Program-made: the position numbers and the translations under genes
Shown here: piece by piece, positions 9,110 through 18,991 of the stretch
How the letters are laid out: each line of letters opens with the position of its first letter
How positions within the stretch are numbered: the first letter of the stretch is position 1
Notes under the pieces: model-generated
What the model was told of the DNA's origin: nothing
The model's input: the letters and a program-made list of their open reading frames with translations, nothing else
Databases searched by the model: none
DNA from: an uncultured archaeon
Lineage (GTDB): Archaea > Altiarchaeota > Altiarchaeia > IMC4 > SCGC-AAA252-I15
Assembly: GCA_902384455.1 (NCBI GenBank)
Contig: CABMCB010000071.1
Span: forward strand, 96,001 to 160,000
Direction of reading: 5' to 3'
Length of the DNA: 64,000 bases

Positions 9110-10159
9110 CTATACGTTTATGTTAAATGTTATTGTTGCGTTTTGTGTTTCGCCTGCTTTGCCTATTGTTAGTGTTGCTGGTCCTGACGCGTTTTTTGGC
9201 ACTCCTGTCATCAGTAGGTATCCTCCGTTGCTCACGTCGGGGTAGACCTCTAATACGTCTATGGTGCTTGCGTAGTCTTTATTGTATTGTTTGTCTCCTA
9301 TGGTGAGTGTGGCGTTGTAAGTGTATATTTGGTTTTGTTTTGCGTCTGTGGTTTTGGCTGTCAAGTCTATCCTATAATACGTTTTTTCTTCGTCGCGCAC
9401 GACTTTGCTGTAGAACCCGTGCCTTATGAGGTTTACTTGAACTGTGTTTACTGTCTTTTGAGCATCCGACTCCTTGGACGCATTCAAGTACTCTTTCTCA
9501 AGCAGGCGTTCGAGTTCATCGTTGGTGTACGCTGGAATTCCGATTACTGTGCCGTTGGCCAATAGCGTCCTGTCTTTGGTGGTGAAGTAGACGGTAATTT
9601 TTGCGGTCGGAGTCTTGCTTTTGCTTATTTTGGCCGTGTTCACTCTCCATTCTATTGCTTTCCCCATTTTTTGGCCGGTTAATGAAAATTGGTAGTCGAC
9701 GAAGTCTTTTGTTTGGACTGTGAATTTGTCCGTGTAGAGGGTGTTTTGGGTGTTGTCTTTTATGAAGAAGTTTATGTCTCCGTCTGCCGGGATTACGTTT
9801 CCGGTAGCGTCCTGAAGCTGTAAGTAGAAGCGGAAGAAGGCGCCGTCTTGAGCTCCTCCCAGCTGTTTTATTGAGGCGGCTTCTCCGTTTAAGCCGCCGT
9901 TTAATACGGTGGTTGAAGAGCCTGTCGAATCATTTTGCGGGATTCCAGTTTCACCTGCGCACTCGACAATGTCAGTCACTTTCATTCCGTTGGTGCATGT
10001 GAAGTTCTGTGTGGCTGCCGGCTCAGAATTGTTCCTAAACCCGCTCATCCACGCAAGCAGCTTAGGGGGGCCCATAAACATGGCAATAATGAAAAGCGCG
10101 ATCACAAGCAGCTGAATTAAACTAGTGATTTTTATCTTGCCGGATTTTCCCAAATCCAT
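9110..10159 (-). CDS. Membrane-anchored extracellular hypothetical protein
   Basis: Likely start MDLGKSG at 10159 with GGAGG SD; N-terminal TM, beta-rich body. Confidence 0.7.
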   Translation of the reverse strand: MDLGKSGKIKITSLIQLLVIALFIIAMFMGPPKLLAWMSGFRNNSEPAATQNFTCTNGMKVTDIVECAGETGIPQNDSTGSSTTVLNGGLNGEAASIKQLGGAQDGAFFRFYLQLQDATGNVIPADGDINFFIKDNTQNTLYTDKFTVQTKDFVDYQFSLTGQKMGKAIEWRVNTAKISKSKTPTAKITVYFTTKDRTLLANGTVIGIPAYTNDELERLLEKEYLNASKESDAQKTVNTVQVNLIRHGFYSKVVRDEEKTYYRIDLTAKTTDAKQNQIYTYNATLTIGDKQYNKDYASTIDVLEVYPDVSNGGYLLMTGVPKNASGPATLTIGKAGETQNATITFNINV

Positions 10160-10263
10160 ATTAAATATCCTCCGCCGCCTGATAAACGCTAGTCTGGACA
10201 TCAAAACAATAAGCTGCTTTTACCTGCGACATCCTAATCCTACTCACCGTAATACACCCTACA

Positions 10264-10452
10264 ATGAGCATCGAAGGCATAAGAAAAATCCAACCCATTA
10301 CTCCGCCGGCCCGCCCCCGGAAAACTGGAGAAGGCGACAGTGAAGAAGACGCCGCCGAACGGCAGCTGCCAGATCCAATGCCTCCGGAGAAAAGACGGAA
10401 AGCCCTCAGTAAAAAGAAAGGCTGGAAGACGGGGGAAGACCCCTACGCGTAA
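10264..10452 (+). CDS. Small charged hypothetical protein
   Basis: 62-aa ORF filling the gap, co-oriented with downstream genes. Confidence 0.45.
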   Translation: MSIEGIRKIQPITPPARPRKTGEGDSEEDAAERQLPDPMPPEKRRKALSKKKGWKTGEDPYA

Positions 10453-10473
10453 ACCCTTCAATCCACTCAACAA

Positions 10474-11328
10474 ATGCCTGAAATAGTAAATCCCTACCGG
10501 CGAAGCATTGTGGCAGCGGCCTGCTTAACGCTCGCTTTCTCAGCTCCAGCCGCAGCAGCATTAGCACTCGTAGTCCTTCTCGGATGGACTCCAATAATCC
10601 TTTTTTTCGCGGCCGCATTCTGGGGCCTATTATACCTGGCGTTGCTCATCACGTGGTTTATGGGCGTAAGAGACAAGCGCAGAATCCGCGAATTCCTCGA
10701 AAGCACCCGCCCCCTCATAAGGTGGACGTACATGGAACACGAATGGAACGAAATCGCGCAAAAAGAGTGGGCCGAGGAAAAAGACGACTGGAAAATCCAG
10801 ATATTCGGCCTGACATTCATATTCGGCTTGGTAGGAGTGTTAACCGGCTTAATGCTTCTTGATGAAGACATATTCTTCCTGCCGATGTGTTCGGCCGTGG
10901 GCATTGGCGGAGGATTCCTTCTCGGCGTTGTTATCGCGGCATCAAACTACTTGGCCGCGAAAATTGATTATGCGACAAGCAAGCCGGTTGTGGCTTTAGG
11001 CGAAAACGAAATATACTACGGCGGCCAGTATTTCAGGGCGAACGGCGGCAACTACGCAATCAGAAACGTCGCATTAAACAAAGGGCCCCCGGCGACTTTA
11101 GAAATACAGGTTTATTCCCATCCTTCATTCTCCAAGACGCACGGCGACCTGACGTGGACGATTCAAATACCCCCTCAACTGGTCAAAGAAGTCGAACTGC
11201 GAATCCCCTCAATCAAAGTAGTCAAAGACGATTTTGAGGAAGACCTGTCCGACTTAGACGAAGCCGAAGAAAACAGCAGCAACGAACCCGTAAAATCCCC
11301 TGAAACGCGCAAGAGGGGCCTAGAATAA
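10474..11328 (+). CDS. Hypothetical membrane protein (4 TM plus soluble C-terminal domain)
   Basis: 284-aa ORF with two TM hairpins and acidic tail. Confidence 0.7.
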   Translation: MPEIVNPYRRSIVAAACLTLAFSAPAAAALALVVLLGWTPIILFFAAAFWGLLYLALLITWFMGVRDKRRIREFLESTRPLIRWTYMEHEWNEIAQKEWAEEKDDWKIQIFGLTFIFGLVGVLTGLMLLDEDIFFLPMCSAVGIGGGFLLGVVIAASNYLAAKIDYATSKPVVALGENEIYYGGQYFRANGGNYAIRNVALNKGPPATLEIQVYSHPSFSKTHGDLTWTIQIPPQLVKEVELRIPSIKVVKDDFEEDLSDLDEAEENSSNEPVKSPETRKRGLE

Positions 11329-11394
11329 TCCGGCAGACTTCTCAACAACTTTTATCCCTTCGAACACAAGAACTGAACCATCCAACACTCACCA

Positions 11395-12522
11395 ATGAAA
11401 GTCCTCATCTTCACATGCGGAGAAGGCCTAGGCCACGCGACCCGGTGCATATCCATAGGCCGGCAGCTTGTTGAGTCCGGCCACGAAGTCGCGTTCGGCT
11501 CATACGGTTACTCCAAGAAAATAATCGAGGACTCAGGGTACAAAGCATATACTGTTCCCCCTGAAATGACTCTCGTAGGTAAAGACGGAGCCTTCGACCT
11601 TGTCGCATCCGTAAGCTCCTCCATACGGCACACCAGCCCCCTTGGCGTGGCATCAGTGTTGAAGACAGTGGACGAAGTCAAACCGGACGTAATACTGTCC
11701 GACAGCTACATGCTGGGCGTTTTGGCGGGAAAAATAAGGAAAACAAAATCGCTCCTACTGCTAAACCAAATGAACATGGTGGCCTTCTTCCAGAACCGCA
11801 GCCTGCCGATTCAAGCCGTGGGAAAAGTGGCGAAACTATTCTACGTAAGGGCATTTGAGCACGTGGAAAAAATCCTCATCCCAGACTTTAAGCCGCCGCA
11901 AACAATATGCGCCAAAAACCTCTCCTTCACAAAAAAGATGACGGAAAAAACAGAGTTCGTAGGACCTCTTGTCCGGCGGAAATACTCTGAGGAAGCGGAA
12001 CTGCCGCTGCGCAAACCCCAAGTACTGTCCATGATTGGCGGATTCGGATACAGGGAGGGCTTGCTCAGAAACACCGTCAGAGCCGCCTCATTGGACGACA
12101 GCATCAATTACACCCTGCTTATGGGCCCAAACATAGACTCAAAAATATTCTCTCAGGCAGGAAGAAACGTCGAAACACTCGAATTAATGGTCAACCCCTT
12201 TTCCCGCCTAAAATCCTCGGACCTCGTTATAGCCCCAGGCGGACACAGCACAATAATGGAATGCATGTCCTACGGGAAACCAATGCTATCAGTCCCAGAC
12301 GCCAACCAAGTAGAGCAGGAAAACAACGCTCAGATGCTAGAAGAACTGGGCTTGGGAAAAAGAATAAGCTACGCAACACCCCCGGAAAAAATGGTCGAAC
12401 ACATAAAAGAAATACTCGCAGACGCCAAAATGAAAGAAAGATGCGAAAAAATGAGGCAAATATCCGAAGAAATGGACGGCCCCAAAAAAGTCGTCGATAT
12501 TCTTACGAAGTATTCAAGCTAA
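11395..12522 (+). CDS. GT-B glycosyltransferase, family 28 / MJ1255-like
   Basis: CGEGLGHATR, GGHSTIMECMSYGKP, EQENNA motifs. Confidence 0.9.
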   Translation: MKVLIFTCGEGLGHATRCISIGRQLVESGHEVAFGSYGYSKKIIEDSGYKAYTVPPEMTLVGKDGAFDLVASVSSSIRHTSPLGVASVLKTVDEVKPDVILSDSYMLGVLAGKIRKTKSLLLLNQMNMVAFFQNRSLPIQAVGKVAKLFYVRAFEHVEKILIPDFKPPQTICAKNLSFTKKMTEKTEFVGPLVRRKYSEEAELPLRKPQVLSMIGGFGYREGLLRNTVRAASLDDSINYTLLMGPNIDSKIFSQAGRNVETLELMVNPFSRLKSSDLVIAPGGHSTIMECMSYGKPMLSVPDANQVEQENNAQMLEELGLGKRISYATPPEKMVEHIKEILADAKMKERCEKMRQISEEMDGPKKVVDILTKYSS

Positions 12523-13334
12523 TCCAGGCATAATACGGCGTCTACCCTTCCGTTGTTGACGTAGGCGTTGCAGCCGACGGTCATCATCCAACTGGTGCAT
12601 CTGCCTTTTGTTATAAGCGGCCTATCAAGCTTTTCTCCAATCAACTCCTGCGGCAGTTCGGCTATGCACGCGCCAACGCACTCGCTTTGGCCGGAACACT
12701 CCTTTCCTCCGTCAGGTGTTGGAAGATTACACTGCGGCTTAGGATTCAAGCCCATTGGCCCCCACTTACCCCCGACTACGACGCAAGAATCCTTGTCCGA
12801 CGGCGTAACATGTTGGGGCGCAAGCAAAGACCCGTTTACTTGAGCCCACCTGCAAGAGTTATTCTCACAGCGGCAGCCTAAGCCGTACGCAGCCGCATTG
12901 TAGCACTCCCTGTATTCGCAGGTGGAAACCAAAGGCTCATCATTTTTAGACTGGCATATTTGTCCTGAACATCCGCCAGCGACGCAATCGCCGTCAATCC
13001 TACAAGCCCCCTCAGTGGATCTGCCGCAGAACCCTCCTGTTTTGTTGACTGAAGACGTATCGTTTCTCCCGCCTAACGGAACGCAACTTCTCCCGTTACT
13101 GATATAAAACGACCATTCCTCGCATACTCTACCGTCCGCAAGAACGCAGTAAACCGCCTGACCCGCGGCTGTTTCATTCACAAGTATTCTTCCGCTTTGG
13201 TTGAGGCAATAAGCCGCCGCTGGATTAGCAATGCTAGTCACATTCTCGCCTCCCTCGCTTATGCAACCAGAAATAAAGCAGGAAGCCAGCAAAACCCAAA
13301 TCATCACCCGTGAACTGCCAGTCATATACGTCAA
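12519..13334 (-). CDS. Cys-rich lipoprotein: DUF333 + eight-cysteine-cluster + further Cys domain
   Basis: ISGC lipobox; IANPAAAYC...CEEW (DUF333); C-x-x-D-x-D-C-x-x-GGCSGQIC...STCEYRECY. Confidence 0.8.
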   Translation of the reverse strand: MTYMTGSSRVMIWVLLASCFISGCISEGGENVTSIANPAAAYCLNQSGRILVNETAAGQAVYCVLADGRVCEEWSFYISNGRSCVPLGGRNDTSSVNKTGGFCGRSTEGACRIDGDCVAGGCSGQICQSKNDEPLVSTCEYRECYNAAAYGLGCRCENNSCRWAQVNGSLLAPQHVTPSDKDSCVVVGGKWGPMGLNPKPQCNLPTPDGGKECSGQSECVGACIAELPQELIGEKLDRPLITKGRCTSWMMTVGCNAYVNNGRVDAVLCLD

Positions 13335-13397
13335 TATGTTATGCTTTTTTCCCGGCTATTAAAGGGTAAGCTTTGTTCCAACAAACTGAAATGTCAG

Positions 13398-13736
13398 TCA
13401 ATTCAGCTGGCATCCTGAGGGCGCTATCATCAAGACGACAAAGACCGCGATTTGAACTATTATGAGGCCGATTATAGCGTGTATTATGGATGAGTATGCG
13501 CTGCTTTTGCGTTCTTTGTCGTGTCCGCTGGTCATGACCTTTAGTCCCTGCAGGGTGATGACCAAGGCGGCTACTCCTCCGGCTATGTAATACATGAATT
13601 TTACTGCAGTGTTTAGCAGAGGGCATATTAGTTGGAGAGCGCTGCTTGCGTCTGTGGTTTGTGCTTGTGTTGATGTGGCGGCGGCTATTAGTGCTGTTGC
13701 GGCTGCCATAAGTGTCAATGTTTTTTGCAGGTTCAT
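13398..13736 (-). CDS. TrbC/VirB2-like pilin
   Basis: Signal peptide then two TMs joined by G-L-K-V-M-T-S-G...ERKSSA...AIIGLII. Confidence 0.7.
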   Translation of the reverse strand: MNLQKTLTLMAAATALIAAATSTQAQTTDASSALQLICPLLNTAVKFMYYIAGGVAALVITLQGLKVMTSGHDKERKSSAYSSIIHAIIGLIIVQIAVFVVLMIAPSGCQLN

Positions 13737-13809
13737 CTGTTGGTCGTTACGTAATTGGTTTTAGGTTATAAGTCTTTGATTTAAGGGCGCATTTTTCGTA
13801 TTTTGTTTT

Positions 13810-15723
13810 GTGGGTCAGGTGGAACTGCTGTCTCCGGCGGGAAATTGGGATGCGCTTAAGGCGGCAGTCTATAATGGGGCAGACGCTGTTTATTTCGGTG
13901 CGGGTCGCTTTAATGCTCGGCGTAGGGCCGAGAATTTTTCGGTTGAGGATTTGCCCAAAGTTGTTGGTTTTTGCCATGAGAATGGCGTTAGGTCCTATTT
14001 GGCTGCGAACACGCTTGTGAAAAATGGCGAGTTGAAGGAGTATTTTGATTTGGTTTCTGCTGCGTATTTGGCTGGAGTTGATGCGGTTATCATTCAGGAG
14101 GTCTCTTTTATCCCGCTTATTAGGAAGCATTTTCCCCATCTTTTAGTGCACGTTTCGACGCAGGCGGGGGTATTCAATTCGTACTTTAAGGAGGTGCTTG
14201 AGGGCGCTGACCTTGTTGTGCTTCCTCGCGAGTTCACTTTAAGTCAGGTCAGGGATTTCAGGGAAAAAACGGGTATTCCAGTAGAAGTTTTCGTCCAGGG
14301 AGCTCTTTGCTTTAGCGTGGGGGGGCAGTGCTTGATGTCTAGTTTCCTGGGCGGGCGAAGCGGCAACCGCGGCTGGTGCGCTCAGCCGTGCAGGAAGCTC
14401 TATAATGGAAAGTACGCCCTCTCAACAAAGGACTTATGCTTAATCAGAGATTTGCCGGCGCTTGTTTCGGCAGGTGTCAGTTCGCTAAAAATTGAGGGCA
14501 GACTGCGCAGTCCAGAATACGTGGGCGCAACTACTGCGCTATACAGGAGAGCGTTGGATTCCATATCCTACGGGAATTTTAGCGTTGATGAAGACGCTTT
14601 TTCCGACGTCGCCCTCGAATTCAACAGGGATTTCACCAAAGGCCTGATGTTCAAGGACTCAGACGTAGTTAACCCTGTTGCGGCCGGCAAGAGAGGCGTG
14701 CGTTTGGGCACTCTTGGAAGGGGCGGTTTAATCAGGATTGAGGCGCAAATCAAGGTGGGCGACGGCGTAGGAGTAGTTTCAGGGGAAAATATTCACGGCG
14801 ACTTAATCCGAAAGATAGAGCAAAAAGGAGTCTTAGTTGAGGGAGCAGAAAAAAACCAGCAAGTTAGACTTTTCCTTAACGCCAAGGAAGGCGACGAAAT
14901 CTATTTGACCTCCGGCGCCAACCGCAGGAAAACGCAAGCGTTGAAAAAAAAGACGCCAATCACAGCAAACCGGCAAAAGCCCTCTGAAGTGATACTCCCT
15001 GCAGGGGGCGGCAAATTCTCAGACATCAAACTACTGGTGAAAACACATTCGCTTGAGGATGCGGACGAAGCGATTGCGGCGGGTGCTGATGTGGCGTATT
15101 ACAGCATCTTCGCAAAAGATTTCCCCCGGGCAGATTCGCCAGTAAGCCCTTATGTCCCGCGGTGCCTTACTGAATGGAACGCTAAGAACGCACTTGATTT
15201 AATTGATGCAATTAATCCTGCATCAGTTCTATGCGGCGACTTGGGCGTTGCGGTTCACATCCAAAACAGGGAAGTCTACGGGGACATTTCAATCAACGCC
15301 TTCAACGACTTAGACGTCGGATTCCTTAATGAACGCGGAATAACACCCGTCATTTCCCCGGAATTATCTCTGTCGGAGCTTGCTGGTTTATCTGACAAAC
15401 GCTTCGCAGTTTACGCTCATGGCAGACTGCCTCTTATGACAACCAAATACCTCCTGAACGAAGAAAAGCTAGCCGACGAAAAAGGATATGTCTTCCCCGT
15501 ACGCGGCGAACTCGACTACAAGCAAGTGCTAAACAGCGTGCCTATCGGTCTTTACGGCGAAATCCTAAAGTTGAAGGAGGCGGGGATTGTGCGGTATCTC
15601 CTTGATTTAGAAAACGACATTTCTGAAACAGTGCACGCATACAGGCAGATAATCTCCGGCGAAAAAGTGAAAAAACACCCCGGAACTTACACGCTAGGCC
15701 ATCTAAAAAAAGGGGTTGAATAA
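13810..15723 (+). CDS. U32 peptidase-family Fe-S protein (RlhA/TrhP-type RNA hydroxylase family)
   Basis: ELLSPAG, GADAVYFG, GALCFSVGGQCLMS, NRGWCAQPCR, LKIEGR. Confidence 0.9.
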   Translation: MGQVELLSPAGNWDALKAAVYNGADAVYFGAGRFNARRRAENFSVEDLPKVVGFCHENGVRSYLAANTLVKNGELKEYFDLVSAAYLAGVDAVIIQEVSFIPLIRKHFPHLLVHVSTQAGVFNSYFKEVLEGADLVVLPREFTLSQVRDFREKTGIPVEVFVQGALCFSVGGQCLMSSFLGGRSGNRGWCAQPCRKLYNGKYALSTKDLCLIRDLPALVSAGVSSLKIEGRLRSPEYVGATTALYRRALDSISYGNFSVDEDAFSDVALEFNRDFTKGLMFKDSDVVNPVAAGKRGVRLGTLGRGGLIRIEAQIKVGDGVGVVSGENIHGDLIRKIEQKGVLVEGAEKNQQVRLFLNAKEGDEIYLTSGANRRKTQALKKKTPITANRQKPSEVILPAGGGKFSDIKLLVKTHSLEDADEAIAAGADVAYYSIFAKDFPRADSPVSPYVPRCLTEWNAKNALDLIDAINPASVLCGDLGVAVHIQNREVYGDISINAFNDLDVGFLNERGITPVISPELSLSELAGLSDKRFAVYAHGRLPLMTTKYLLNEEKLADEKGYVFPVRGELDYKQVLNSVPIGLYGEILKLKEAGIVRYLLDLENDISETVHAYRQIISGEKVKKHPGTYTLGHLKKGVE

Positions 15724-15741
15724 TCCATTAACTCGTCCCCA

Positions 15742-17238
15742 TCATTCCACATGCACTTTTGCGGAAGAATTAATGTTTTTCACCTTGATAGTCAGCGAAG
15801 CCCAAGACCCTATAAAAAGAAGCCATGCCGCAACAGTGAACACAGTCCTATACGCCAAAATCTGCGCCTTAAGCGGTATAAGAACGGCCACAGAACCGTA
15901 AACAGCAGGGTCTGTCGTGTGAACGATGCTGTTTTGAGCTAAGGCCAAAACATTGCTTTCGGTTGCATACGTAAGTAGCGTCGCAAAAAAAGCAATTCCA
16001 AAAGCGCCAGCAATATTGCGCGCCAAAGCAAGAACAGACGAAGCAACCCCAATCTCATCCGTAGGCACTGAAGAAGCTATGATGTTGGTCCTAGCCGCCA
16101 TCCCGAAACCCATTCCAAAGGCCATGACGCTCACGGGAAGTATTATGTCAGTAGCCGGCGAACGAGGGTCCAGGCGGGTGAAAAGAAGCATACCAATTGA
16201 CGCCACAAGCGTGCTAGCAAAGATTATGTAACGCGGCTGAATTCTCCCCGTAAGGTTCCCGCCCAAAGGCGCAGCAAGCATCATCATAAACGCCATAGGC
16301 ATGAAAAGATAGCCCGTCTGGGTAGCCGAATACCCAAGGAAAGTTTGGGCAAACACCGGAATAATAAATACTCCCCCCATCATGGCCATGAAAACAATAA
16401 AGTTGTTGGCGAGAGTCGCCACAAAAACATTCTGCCTGAAAAACTTGAAGTCCACGATAGGCTCAGGATGACGGGAATCAATCCGATAAAATATGCAGGC
16501 AAAAACAATCACGGTAACGTACGACAAAACGCTGCTTACAGAAAGCCAACCCCAATCCTGACCCCTGTCCAAAACAAGAACAAGAGCCGACAAAGTAATG
16601 CCCAAAGTCAAAGCGCCCCAAACGTCAAAATGAACAGTCTTCTTCTCCGAAACGGACTCCTTCACAAAAATAAGCGCCATAGCAAGCCCAATAATCCCCA
16701 CCGGAAGATTAACCAGAAAAACACTCCTCCAACCAAAATTATCTATCAGCGGCCCGCCAATCAAAGGCCCAAAAACAGTAGCCGCAGCAAAAGCACTCGA
16801 CCAAATACCAAGAGCCTGAGCCCTCTCCCGCCCCTCCCTAAAAGTGACTGCCACAATAGCCATGGCAGTCGGATAATCAGCCGAACCCGCAATCGCCTGT
16901 ATTATACGAAAGACTATCAGGGACTTGAGATCCCAAGCAAATCCCGCCAAAATAGAGCCGAATATGAACAGGGTAAAACCCATTATGTAAACCTTCTTCC
17001 GGCCTATGGTGTCTCCAAGCTTGCCCCAAATGGGGACAAAGATGGCGTTCGCCAAAATGTAGGCCGTCGCAATCCAGCCGGCTGAGGAAACAGTAATGTT
17101 AAACTCCTGAATAATCTTGGGCAACGCCAAGTTCACTATAGTCTGATCAAGCCGGCCCAAAAAAGTCCCTATTATGACCGTGAGAAGAATCCACCACTTA
17201 AGGCCATTCCCGTTTTCGGACTGGCTTTGTTCGTTCAT
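15742..17238 (-). CDS. DHA2 MFS efflux pump, EmrB/QacA family
   Basis: LDQTIVNLALP, GKLGDTIGRK, GPLIGG, WRSVFLVNLPVG; 14-TM pattern. Confidence 0.93.
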   Translation of the reverse strand: MNEQSQSENGNGLKWWILLTVIIGTFLGRLDQTIVNLALPKIIQEFNITVSSAGWIATAYILANAIFVPIWGKLGDTIGRKKVYIMGFTLFIFGSILAGFAWDLKSLIVFRIIQAIAGSADYPTAMAIVAVTFREGRERAQALGIWSSAFAAATVFGPLIGGPLIDNFGWRSVFLVNLPVGIIGLAMALIFVKESVSEKKTVHFDVWGALTLGITLSALVLVLDRGQDWGWLSVSSVLSYVTVIVFACIFYRIDSRHPEPIVDFKFFRQNVFVATLANNFIVFMAMMGGVFIIPVFAQTFLGYSATQTGYLFMPMAFMMMLAAPLGGNLTGRIQPRYIIFASTLVASIGMLLFTRLDPRSPATDIILPVSVMAFGMGFGMAARTNIIASSVPTDEIGVASSVLALARNIAGAFGIAFFATLLTYATESNVLALAQNSIVHTTDPAVYGSVAVLIPLKAQILAYRTVFTVAAWLLFIGSWASLTIKVKNINSSAKVHVE

Positions 17239-17244
17239 GAGTCC

Positions 17245-17973
17245 TTACTTGTAGACCAGCATTTTCGCTGACATGCCGTTCCTCAGTTCCGGATACAGGT
17301 CGCCGTCGAACGTCGCTTTCACGTCAAATTCTTTTTCCTGTCTCTTGTCTGAAATGCTGAAGACAATGTCTGATTCCCTCGACGTGGGACTTATGCTGTC
17401 TATGACGCCATTATACTCCTTAGGTCCGAAAGCGTCAACAGTAAAAACCACTTTTTGGCCGACGCGAATTTCGCTCAAACCTTTGTCTTCCTCAATCCTG
17501 CCTACGACCCTAAATTCCCTGGGGTCGATCATCTGGACTACCGGCGTCTGAGCGCTGACTATTTGGCCTGGAGTATTTGTCACAGCAACAATTATTCCGT
17601 TTGTCTGGGCTCTAATGGGGATGCCGCCGACTTCGGCAACAACGGTGTTCTTGTGCACTACGTCTCCCTCGTTAACCTTAATCTTATCCAGGGTTCCGGG
17701 GACGGAAGGCGAAAGAGAAATTATGGGGGCGTAAATCTCCGCCTTCTCAATGGACACTCTGCTGTCCATAATCCTAAGTTCAGTCAATATCGCCACTGCC
17801 GCAACAAGAACAAGGAAGCCCAGAATCTTCAGGGCCATAGGGCGCGAGACGCGGCCTAATGGGCCTTTCTTGCCGGGTGGTTTGCCGTTTTCTGTGGTTG
17901 TCGCCTCCTGTGCGGTGCCTTCGTCTTTGTGCGTATTATCCTTCGCATGGGCGTATTCGGGTTTTCTGTTCAC
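17245..17973 (-). CDS. HlyD/EmrA-family adaptor lacking the alpha-helical hairpin
   Basis: TM anchor, lipoyl halves VNEGDVVHK...IRAQTNG, IRVGQKVVFTVDAFG, LRNGMSA. Confidence 0.85.
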   Translation of the reverse strand: MNRKPEYAHAKDNTHKDEGTAQEATTTENGKPPGKKGPLGRVSRPMALKILGFLVLVAAVAILTELRIMDSRVSIEKAEIYAPIISLSPSVPGTLDKIKVNEGDVVHKNTVVAEVGGIPIRAQTNGIIVAVTNTPGQIVSAQTPVVQMIDPREFRVVGRIEEDKGLSEIRVGQKVVFTVDAFGPKEYNGVIDSISPTSRESDIVFSISDKRQEKEFDVKATFDGDLYPELRNGMSAKMLVYK

Positions 17974-17992
17974 TTTTGATTCTACCTCTTAG

Positions 17993-18439
17993 CTAGTCGT
18001 CTATTTTTGATAGTATTATCCTTACGTTCTCCAGCGACACCCAGAGGGTCTTTAAGTCGTCGTCGCTTAGGCTGGAAAGATTTCTCTTTATGTCTTTCTT
18101 AATTAGCTTCTTTCGTTCTTTCATAAACCGTTTGCCGCCTTCAGTGATGGCTATGTTCACGATTCGGCGGTCTTTTTTGTCGGGAAACCTTTTCACCTTA
18201 CCTTCCTTCACCAGTTTCTCGACCAATGTGGTCATGTTAGGCTTGGAAACGCAAAGTCGCCTGCCAATTTCAGACACGGGAAGAGGGCCGTGCTCTATGG
18301 TCATGCCTAAAACTTGGTATTGCTGCCGTGAAGGTCTGCCGCAGTTTAGGTGGTGTTCTCCTTTCGCCAGTCTTCTGTGGAATAAAGGGAAGAACATTAG
18401 CGCGTGGTCTGCGATGCAGTCTAGTTCGGTGTCTTTCAT
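17993..18439 (-). CDS. MarR family regulator
   Basis: VSEIGRRLCVSKPNMTTLVEKLVKEG...DRR...ITEGG. Confidence 0.92.
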   Translation of the reverse strand: MKDTELDCIADHALMFFPLFHRRLAKGEHHLNCGRPSRQQYQVLGMTIEHGPLPVSEIGRRLCVSKPNMTTLVEKLVKEGKVKRFPDKKDRRIVNIAITEGGKRFMKERKKLIKKDIKRNLSSLSDDDLKTLWVSLENVRIILSKIDD

Positions 18440-18456
18440 TACTGTGCAACTATGTA

Positions 18457-18497
18457 GTTATTAAAAGTAACAATTATAACATTATAACCATTTAAAT
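18457..18497 (-). promoter_or_regulatory. Candidate MarR operator/promoter
   Basis: GTTA-N7-TAAC inverted repeat, ATTATAAC x2 and TTTAAAT box upstream of marR. Confidence 0.4.
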
Positions 18498-18781
18498 ACC
18501 TGTTGGTCTGTCGGACTGCCGAGAAAGGGCGCAGACTGGCTGACGTAGTCCCCATAACTTACGCAAAACACCTTAAAAACATCGCATCAACGTTAATACT
18601 GTATTCCTACGCAAAAGCGGCATGAAACTATTACTGGAACTGCCTGTTTTCAAAGAGGTTTTCCCCCTTTTAAAGGCAATAAAAACCAAGTTCATGGCTG
18701 CTATCTATTGAAACTGGTTTCATAGTCGGGGTCTTATCCTGTTTCAGCCTGGTACTACTCATACGATTGAGGTGATCATTC

Positions 18782-18991
18782 ATGAAAGATTTGAAATTAG
18801 AAGTGAAAGGCATGCACTGCCACAGCTGCGAGATGCTCATAGAAGACTCTCTCGCAGAAGTCGCGGGGGTGCGCAAAGTCAAAGCCGACCACAAAGCCGG
18901 TTTAGTCAGAATCACAGCCGACGATTCAGTTAACCTGAACGCAGTGAAGAAGGCGATTGTGAAGGAAGGATACGAGGTAGTTGAGGAATGA
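18782..18991 (+). CDS. Heavy-metal-associated (CopZ-like) chaperone
   Basis: GMHCHSC motif, 69 aa. Confidence 0.9.
   Translation: MKDLKLEVKGMHCHSCEMLIEDSLAEVAGVRKVKADHKAGLVRITADDSVNLNAVKKAIVKEGYEVVEE

Noticed and set aside
16345-17085. 246-aa plus-strand ORF
   Set aside because: Antisense shadow of the EmrB gene with biased composition
18622-18711. 29-codon ORF upstream of the copper operon
   Set aside because: No metal-binding residues or SD motif; not supportable
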